32,000 bases of DNA, from the NCBI RefSeq assembly GCF_036323395.1, contig NZ_AP028907.1, positions 1,200,001-1,232,000 of the forward strand. Direction: 5' to 3'. Of this stretch, positions 26,046-32,000 are shown one piece after another. The notes below the pieces were generated by a model that worked only from the letters and a program-made list of their open reading frames with translations, was not told the DNA's origin and searched no databases. A program made the translations under genes and the position numbers. The stretch's first letter is position 1. Every line of letters starts with the position of its first letter. Origin of the DNA: Pyrodictium abyssi (GTDB lineage: Archaea > Thermoproteota > Thermoprotei_A > Sulfolobales > Pyrodictiaceae).

Positions 26046-27177
26046 GCGTGAAGCCTTTCAATGCAAGATTCCAAGCCGCCACGATGTCTCTAGTTGTAGC
26101 AACACCGTTTGGCAGTACCATCCATCGGTAGTTCAGCTTCTTCACCTTGCCCTGTGGCGAGGCTTTGCTGGTGCTTTTCGCGGGGACGTAGATTGTCTTC
26201 AATCCTCTCCATGCCGCCTTGTACTCTATGAAGCCCTGTAGCCTTCTGTAGGCGAGCTGGGTGAAGAGCCATGCCAGCCTACTGTTCTCTTCCGAGGCAC
26301 ACATCTTCAAGCCTTTGAGGTTCTCCAGGACTATGAGCGAGCCATACCTGTCCGCAATCCCCACCAGCTTCTTAGCCGCAAAATGAGCGGTATCATTGAC
26401 TATGCTCCTGGCTCTGCTCATCCGCCTCTTGTAGACCTTCCGAGACCACTTCATGAACCTCCAGTGTCTTCCGAGGCGCTTCTGGAGGCTCTCCGCCATT
26501 TTGCGGAGGCGTAGTGCTCTCTTGAAGCCCTTGAAGACTGTGACGCCAGCGGTTACGATTCTACCAGACTCGGCGTCGAGGACAACGTAGCTCACGTTGC
26601 CCAGGTTCACGTCCACGCCCATAACGGTTCTAGGCTTCCTCTCTTCGACCTCCCTCTCAAGAGTCATATAGACCTTGAAGCCGTCGTTGCGGTGTGATAC
26701 TAGTAGCTCCTTTGGCCTCCAGCCCTCGGCGAGGAACCGCTTTAGCCTGCGCATACCTCTCAATCGCAGCTCTACCCATCCGCCGTGGAGAACTGCTACT
26801 TTGAGCACCCCTCTCTCGACGTCAAGCCTGTACTCGTAGCTGTGGAGCCTCGCGGTTAGCCTCCTTAGTATGGGCTTTCTGCCACCGTTCTTCTTGACTG
26901 CCTTCACTATCTCCTTTGCACGCTTGTATATCTCGCTGACGTGGTGGGCGCGGAAACCCCAGCCCCGCAGCTCCCTGTAGAACATCTCGTGTAGCTGCCT
27001 GACGCTGGGAACCCTATCTAGACCCCATATAGTGTCCACGATGTACTGGACCGCGTCGCGGTACGCCTTGAGGAAGTCGAGTAGGGGCTGGGGATTAGGG
27101 GGGCCACCGCATCCATTACGACGGTGGCTCTGACCCTCATCCCGCCAGCCCCCAGCCATGCGAGCGGAGAGTAACAC
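25987..27177 (-). CDS. tnpB: IS200/IS605-family TnpB (RNA-guided nuclease ancestor); zinc-finger cysteines absent, N-terminus probably frameshifted
   Basis: TVMGVDVNLGNVSYVVLD, SLIVLENLKGLKM, YIEYKAAWRGL-like context (FIEYKAAWRGLKTIYVPAKSTSKASP) and TTRDIVAAWNLALKG: RuvC motifs recognisable, CxxC pairs missing. Confidence 0.85.
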   Translation of the reverse strand: MLLSARMAGGWRDEGQSHRRNGCGGPPNPQPLLDFLKAYRDAVQYIVDTIWGLDRVPSVRQLHEMFYRELRGWGFRAHHVSEIYKRAKEIVKAVKKNGGRKPILRRLTARLHSYEYRLDVERGVLKVAVLHGGWVELRLRGMRRLKRFLAEGWRPKELLVSHRNDGFKVYMTLEREVEERKPRTVMGVDVNLGNVSYVVLDAESGRIVTAGVTVFKGFKRALRLRKMAESLQKRLGRHWRFMKWSRKVYKRRMSRARSIVNDTAHFAAKKLVGIADRYGSLIVLENLKGLKMCASEENSRLAWLFTQLAYRRLQGFIEYKAAWRGLKTIYVPAKSTSKASPQGKVKKLNYRWMVLPNGVATTRDIVAAWNLALKGFTRMRGSRGFRGAPKAPAVRG

Positions 27178-27238
27178 CGCATAAGAGCTAGCCTAGCATC
27201 ATCTCCCGAGCTAGGATATGACGCTCCACGCTATTACC

Positions 27239-27267
27239 GGATATTCCAGAATAAACCCAGAATATCC
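27239..27267. repeat. 8-bp perfect inverted repeat with 13-nt loop upstream of tnpB
   Basis: ggatattc (27239-27246) ... gaatatcc (27260-27267). Confidence 0.4.
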
Positions 27268-27360
27268 TAAACGTTATAGCCCACAGTATGCCCGTGCCAG
27301 TATTGCGTATGGACTGTCCAGCCCCGTGATGTACTGCACCAAGAGGGTGTAGGCTAGGGT

Positions 27361-27825
27361 TTACCACGCTACTGTTATTCCCAGCTTCGAGGCCACGTAG
27401 GCTAGGTCTCTGTCACCCGTGACTATAGGCGCTCTATGCTTCTGTGCTAGCACTATCACTGTTGAGTCGACTATGCTTAGCCTCCTCCTCTTCAGATCAG
27501 GGTCCTCCGCATCACGGAGTAGACCGTCTCCCCTATGCTTTATCTCAGCCGCTTTCACCCAGTCGGTTAGGTCTAGGTTCTCTACCCTGAAGTACCGGGT
27601 TAGGAAGGTCACGACCTCCTCCAGCGAGGTGAGGACGGGTATCCTGCCTCTACGCCAGTGGACGATATACTCGTAGGCTACTGTCACCGGCAGCAGCCCT
27701 ACTACGCGTCCCCTCCTAACGTCTTGTAGTAGCTGTGTCGCTTTCTCGCCTAGCTCCCCAAAGGCCATTGCTAGGAGCGCGTGGGTGTCTACTACGACCT
27801 TTCTGGGCTTCTCTTCCTCCACCAC
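27361..27825 (-). CDS. vapC: PIN-domain toxin (VapC family)
   Basis: KVVVDTHALLAMAFG, VTVAYEYIVH, RRLSIVDSTVIVLAQKHRAPIVTGDRDLAYVASKLG. Confidence 0.85.
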   Translation of the reverse strand: MVEEEKPRKVVVDTHALLAMAFGELGEKATQLLQDVRRGRVVGLLPVTVAYEYIVHWRRGRIPVLTSLEEVVTFLTRYFRVENLDLTDWVKAAEIKHRGDGLLRDAEDPDLKRRRLSIVDSTVIVLAQKHRAPIVTGDRDLAYVASKLGITVAW

Positions 27826-28052
27826 GCCTCCTCCTCTCCATCGAGCTCCTCCTCGGCTGCCTCTGCCGAGCCCTTGCAGCAGCCCCAGACACGCTCCCAG
27901 AGGTCCAGGGGCCGGAGCACTATCTCCCCGTCCCTGGTCTCCACTTCTAGTAGAGAGCCCTCTACGATGTGCAGGGCCTCCCGTACCGCCTTGGGCAGCA
28001 CTATGACCCCCTTCCTGCCTACGCGGACAACCAGACCCACTGGTCGCACCAA
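27792..28052 (-). CDS. vapB: AbrB/SpoVT-type antitoxin (VapB-like)
   Basis: GLVVRVGRKGVIVLPKAVREALHIVEGSLLEVETRDGEIVLRPL; overlaps the downstream PIN gene. Confidence 0.82.
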   Translation of the reverse strand: MVRPVGLVVRVGRKGVIVLPKAVREALHIVEGSLLEVETRDGEIVLRPLDLWERVWGCCKGSAEAAEEELDGEEEAWWRKRSPERS

Positions 28053-28367
28053 TAGGTTAGACTATAGGGTCCTCCATATAGGTTTGACCGGGGAGTGCTC
28101 CGCGGCGCCTGGCTAGGGGGTATCAGGTACCGCTACGCGCACTTGGCGTGAGTCCCTTTTGTGACGTGTTGCACGTCTTCGTTGCGACAATGCCGCTTCC
28201 CGGCACCGATGCCCCGGAGCCCGGCTGCACACCAGTACCCGTGCCCCAAGGCGACCAGGGCTGGGCTACTGCCTCCAGTAGAATGCCGAGTAGGGGTGCT
28301 GCCCCGGCCCCCTGGGGCCTCTCCGCGGGCTGCATAAAGTGCCGAGGCCCGGTGCTGCCCCGGCTGG

Positions 28368-29216
28368 GTGCTCTGGGGCGTGGCTCCGCCAGGCCGCGGG
28401 CTAGTAGTCTACATGAGTGATTTCGGCTGGCGTGACCCCTATGTGGGGATAGTCAAGGGCGTGATAGAGTCCCTGGGCGCGGGCAGGATAAGGGTGGTAG
28501 ACCTTACGCACGACATCGCCGCGTTCAGCGTAGTGGCGGGCGCGTACGTGCTCTATACGAGCTACCGGTACTACCCGCCCGGCACCGTGTTCCTAGCAGT
28601 GGTGGACCCGGGCGTTGGGACCGAGAGGAAGCCAGTCGCGATAGAGACCCGGCGCTACTACTTCGTGGGCCCGGATAACGGGCTCCTCTACCCGGCCGCA
28701 GCGGAGGACGGGATAATCCGCGTCCACGTGATAGACAACGAGGCCGTCTACATGAAGCCCGTCTCCCTCAGCTTCCATGGCCGCGACATCTTCTCCCCCG
28801 CCGCGGCGCTGCTAGCCCTAGGCGTCGGGGTAGAGGCCCTCGGCAGCCCCATGAAACCCGAGGAGCTGGTGAAGCTCAGCCTCCGCAAGCCGTGCAGCGG
28901 CACCGAGGAGGAGGTAGAGGCCACAGTGGTCTACATAGACCGGTTCGGGAACGCCGCACTAGGCCTAGAGCGGGGCTGCCTAAACACGCTATGCCGCTGG
29001 GGCGAGGTAGAAGTCGTAGCCGACAGGAGGAAGAAGGCTAGGGCACGCTGCCTCCCTGTCTTCAGCCACGCTGAGCCCGGCGAGCTGGTATTCTACATGA
29101 ACAGCCTCGGGTTCCCAGAGCTAGCAGTAAACCTCGGCAGCGCCGCGGAGGAGCTCGGGCTCCAGGTGGGCAGCCAGGTAGTACTGCGCCCGGCACAGGC
29201 CAAGGGGAAGCCTTAG
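28368..29216 (+). CDS. SAM hydrolase / SAM-dependent halogenase-fold family (DUF62)
   Basis: VYMSDFGWRDPYVGIVKGVI, VVDLTHDIAAFSVVAGAYVLYTSYRYYPPGTVFLAVVDPGVGTERK, VGPDNGLLYPA, FHGRDIFSPAAA, YIDRFGNAAL. The true start may be the internal GTG/ATG. Confidence 0.88.
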   Translation: MLWGVAPPGRGLVVYMSDFGWRDPYVGIVKGVIESLGAGRIRVVDLTHDIAAFSVVAGAYVLYTSYRYYPPGTVFLAVVDPGVGTERKPVAIETRRYYFVGPDNGLLYPAAAEDGIIRVHVIDNEAVYMKPVSLSFHGRDIFSPAAALLALGVGVEALGSPMKPEELVKLSLRKPCSGTEEEVEATVVYIDRFGNAALGLERGCLNTLCRWGEVEVVADRRKKARARCLPVFSHAEPGELVFYMNSLGFPELAVNLGSAAEELGLQVGSQVVLRPAQAKGKP

Positions 29217-29286
29217 AGACCCAGGCCAGCCTCTAGCAGGCTACCCGCGGAGACCATCTGCAGAGACGAGCCGGGGGCGAGGAGAC

Positions 29287-29523
29287 GTGACGAGCAGCGT
29301 AGACGGTCTTCTGGAGAGGCTCCGGAGCCTCGGGCTCGAGGCTGTACAGGAGGACGGCCGGCTGCGTATACGCGGCGAGCGGGGCTTCAGCCTAGCAGAC
29401 CTGCCCCGCGACATACTTGAGGGGCTCCGGGCCTTCGAGGAGGTTGTCGTGGAGGCGCCGGAGGGCTACTACTTCTACTTCAGGAGAAAGGACGTCGAGA
29501 AACTGCTCAAGGTGAAGAGCTAG
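29287..29523 (+). CDS. Small conserved-looking hypothetical protein
   Basis: 78 aa: SVDGLLERLRSLGLEAVQEDGRLRIRGERGFSLADLPRDILEGLRAFEEVVVEAPEGYYFYFRRKDVEKLLKVKS; balanced, protein-like composition. Confidence 0.6.
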   Translation: MTSSVDGLLERLRSLGLEAVQEDGRLRIRGERGFSLADLPRDILEGLRAFEEVVVEAPEGYYFYFRRKDVEKLLKVKS

Positions 29524-29553
29524 GCCGCCATACACCCCTGGGCCCGGGCCACC

Positions 29554-30144
29554 CTACCCGCTGAAGCCCCTGTTTATCCTGTCCTCCGTCTCAGCTATCT
29601 TCTCGAGGAGTGGTTCCCTGCTCTTGATCTTGGTGCTGAGCTTCTTTGCCTCGTGTAGCGCCCTTAGCGCTCCCTCTTTGTCTCCCCTTGCTAGGAGTAT
29701 GCGGGACTCCAACATTTTGCTCCAGGCGCGGGCCTGCAGGTAGGGCTCCGTGTCGCCCCTCGCGAGAGCCGCCTGGGCCCTGGCTAGAGCCTCGTAGGCC
29801 TTGTCGAGTCTTCCCGCGTTGTAGTGGACGGCTGCTATTAGGTGGGCCCGGCCAGCCTCTATGGTGCTCCCGGCCCGCTCGGCGTGCCGTAGGGCCTCTC
29901 TGGCATAGGCGAGTGCTCTGTCGTAGTTGCCCTTGTAGCTCTCGATGTTAGCGAGCCTAGTCTTGATGAACGCTATCACCTCGTGTTTCTCCGGCGTGTC
30001 GCTCCACTTCTCCACTCTGCTGAGGAGCTGTAGCAGCTTCTCCTCAGCCTCCCTGTACCGGCCTCTCCTCTCGAGGCCCCAGACTATGCGCCTGAGCAGC
30101 CACGCCGTGATCAGCATCCTTAGCTTCGCGAGGAGCCGGGGCAA
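29554..30144 (-). CDS. TPR-repeat protein
   Basis: NYDRALAYAREALRHAERAGSTIEAGRAHLIAAVHYNAGRLDKAYEALARAQAALARGDTEPYLQARAWSKMLESRILLARGDKEGALRALHEAKKL. Confidence 0.75.
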   Translation of the reverse strand: MPRLLAKLRMLITAWLLRRIVWGLERRGRYREAEEKLLQLLSRVEKWSDTPEKHEVIAFIKTRLANIESYKGNYDRALAYAREALRHAERAGSTIEAGRAHLIAAVHYNAGRLDKAYEALARAQAALARGDTEPYLQARAWSKMLESRILLARGDKEGALRALHEAKKLSTKIKSREPLLEKIAETEDRINRGFSG

Positions 30145-30270
30145 CAGCTACCCCGAGAGAGACAGCTACAGAACAACCCAGTATTTCTATCCAGGGGGCT
30201 ACGCTCTCCGCCGACCGCGGAAAGGCCCGGGGCAGACGGGGCGGAAAACAACGGGCGGCGCTGGTGTGTT

Positions 30271-31818
30271 TTAGCCTAGGTACTCGTGGAGCTTGCCGGG
30301 GAGCTCCAGGTACTTCCACTCGAGGTACTCTACTAGGGCTCTTGCTGAGGGCTGCTCGCCTAGGCTCCGCTCGACTAGCTCCTTTGGCGGGAAGGTGGCG
30401 CCCCAGCGGTGTATCCTCTCCCTCAGCCACTCGCGTAGCCTCGCCAGGTCGAGGCCTGCTAGTAGCTCTGGGTTGTCGCTCCATATCCGCCTCCATATCA
30501 TGGCCGCTACTACGTTGCCTAGGGTGTATGTCGGGAAGTAGCCGAAGCTGCCGTGGCTCCAGTGTATGTCCTGTAGCACGCCCTCCCGTGGGCTGGGCGG
30601 CCGGATGCCGAGCAGCTCCTCCATCATCGTGTCCCAGGCCTCGGGGAGCTCGTCGACCGTCATGCTGCCCTCTATCAGCTTCTTCTCGAGTGTGTAGCGT
30701 AGGTATATGTGGAGGTTGTAGGTGACCTCGTCGGCGTCTACCCTTATGAGGTCTGGGCGGACCGTGTTGACGTAGCGGTACAGCTCCTCGGGCGCAGCGT
30801 CTACGCCCATGTACTCTCTGAGCCTCTCGCTGAGGAGCCTCATGAACCAGGGGCCGCGGCCCACTATGTTCTCCCAGAACCGCGACTGGCTCTCGTGTAC
30901 GCCCATGCTGGCGCCGCCGGCTATCGGGGTGCGGGCTAGCGCCCGGTCTATCTGGAGATGGTAGAGTGCGTGGCCGTACTCGTGTACTAGGCTGTAGACC
31001 GCCCTCTTTATGTCGTGGCCCTCGTACCTCACTGTTATCCTCACATCGTCTATGCCTAGATCCATGGTGAACGGGTGGGCTGACTCGTCGAGCCTGCCGC
31101 GGCTCCAGGGCCAGTCTAGGTCGTCGAGGAGCCTCTTCATCAGCGCCCTGGCCTTGTCCACGTCGTAGCTCTCGTCCTCTAGGGGGTGGCGCTGGGGGTA
31201 GAAGCCGCCGGAGAGCACCCTGTCGAGTACGCGGCGGGTTGCCGGCACTAGCTCGGAGAAGAGCGCGTCTAGGTCGCGGACCCTTAGACCCTCCTCGTAG
31301 ATGTCTAGGAGCGCGTCGTAGGGGTGGTCTTCGTAGCCTAGCAGCTCGGCTTTCCGGCGCTGTATCTCGACTATCTCCTCGAGGTACGGCTTGAACAGCT
31401 TGAAGTCGGCCTTCCTCTTGGCCTCCCGCCAGACCACGGTGGCCTTGCTGGTTACCCGGGCCTCGCGGCGGGCTAGCTCCTCCGGTATCGCCTTGGCTAC
31501 GCGTACTTCGCGGCCTAGGACGCGGACTACGCCGCGCTCGTAGACGTTTAGGCTGTCGAGCTTCTCCTCGGCTTCGCGTAGGAGCTGGCCTAGCTCGGGG
31601 TCGAGTAGCAGCCGGTGGCGGAGCCCCTCTAGCTCCTCGGCTGCTGCTGAGCGGTCGCTTATGCCGTCGCGGGGCATGTAGGTCTCCAGGTCCCAGCCCA
31701 TGAGGGCTACCGCGTGGTCTAGGGCCCATAGCAGCCGGTACTTGGCGAGTATCTTCTTCACTGTCTCGTCGCGGAATGGGTTTTCAGCACGCTCGGTGGC
31801 TGTCATAGCGCTGTGCAT
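30271..31818 (-). CDS. M32 family metallocarboxypeptidase (Taq-type)
   Basis: SLVHEYGHALYHLQID (HExxH-type HEYGH), GGASMGVHESQSRFWENIVGRG, DEVTYNLHIYLRYTLEKKLIEG, DIHWSHGSFGYFPTYTLGNVVAA. Start probably Met37 of the track ORF (31818). Confidence 0.92.
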   Translation of the reverse strand: MHSAMTATERAENPFRDETVKKILAKYRLLWALDHAVALMGWDLETYMPRDGISDRSAAAEELEGLRHRLLLDPELGQLLREAEEKLDSLNVYERGVVRVLGREVRVAKAIPEELARREARVTSKATVVWREAKRKADFKLFKPYLEEIVEIQRRKAELLGYEDHPYDALLDIYEEGLRVRDLDALFSELVPATRRVLDRVLSGGFYPQRHPLEDESYDVDKARALMKRLLDDLDWPWSRGRLDESAHPFTMDLGIDDVRITVRYEGHDIKRAVYSLVHEYGHALYHLQIDRALARTPIAGGASMGVHESQSRFWENIVGRGPWFMRLLSERLREYMGVDAAPEELYRYVNTVRPDLIRVDADEVTYNLHIYLRYTLEKKLIEGSMTVDELPEAWDTMMEELLGIRPPSPREGVLQDIHWSHGSFGYFPTYTLGNVVAAMIWRRIWSDNPELLAGLDLARLREWLRERIHRWGATFPPKELVERSLGEQPSARALVEYLEWKYLELPGKLHEYLG

Positions 31819-32000
31819 CCCTCCAGAACCTGCTGCAGCAGGACGACGCTTCCACGTGGTGAGGGCTTGATGCCCCTCCTCCGGGATATTCCGCGTTTCG
31901 TCGCGCGGCTTGGCCAGGGGTAGCATAATTTAGGGGGAATACCGGGCTCGGCCTAGCACCGAGGCCTGGAGTGCCTTGCGTGGAAAGAAGCTATACCTCG

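Noticed and set aside
25987-27177. Complete IS605 element with TnpA
   Set aside because: No Y1 transposase ORF (HUH and catalytic Tyr) is visible near tnpB; treated as a TnpB-only element or remnant.
30044-31729. 561 aa minus-strand ORF
   Set aside because: Shadow frame of the M32 carboxypeptidase gene; low-complexity, R/P/G-rich translation typical of a high-GC alternate frame.
1-32000. CRISPR array or cas genes
   Set aside because: No regularly spaced direct repeats and no Cas motifs were seen.

Overview
GC-rich archaeal chromosome segment. Protein features (TumA/TumE, PaREP1-like, AbrB/PIN modules, V4R, crenarchaeal-type TnpB, HTH-PRTase) suggest a hyperthermophilic crenarchaeon of Pyrodictiaceae type; this assignment is inference. 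Supported genes include moaE, a PaREP1-like protein, an HTH regulator fused to a long beta-rich region, an EamA transporter, two metallophosphoesterases, an FAH-family enzyme, a nucleoside phosphorylase-like enzyme, a multi-[4Fe-4S] protein, a V4R protein, an MBL-fold hydrolase, a ZIP transporter, an HTH-PRTase, an HhH/FeS protein, TnpB, a SAM hydrolase (DUF62), a TPR protein and an M32 carboxypeptidase. Several toxin-antitoxin modules are also present. The best candidate for an undescribed system is an AT-rich four-gene island (~600-5170). It holds a SIMIBI/ParA-like ATPase and an HD-domain protein on the minus strand, facing two coupled orphan genes on the plus strand across a ~54 bp shared intergenic region. 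Other notable signals are: (a) a DUF4258-DUF2283-like toxin-antitoxin fusion interrupted by one in-frame TAG; (b) a second small ORF split by TAG; (c) an antitoxin-like ORF with no canonical start codon; (d) a TnpB lacking all zinc-finger cysteines, with a probable N-terminal frameshift and a hairpin-rich 3' flank; (e) a perfect 20-bp palindrome upstream of the HTH regulator; (f) a perfect 16-bp palindrome upstream of the TumA/TumE-like operon. No tRNA, rRNA or CRISPR array was recognised by eye. All family calls come from reading motifs and need profile searches.
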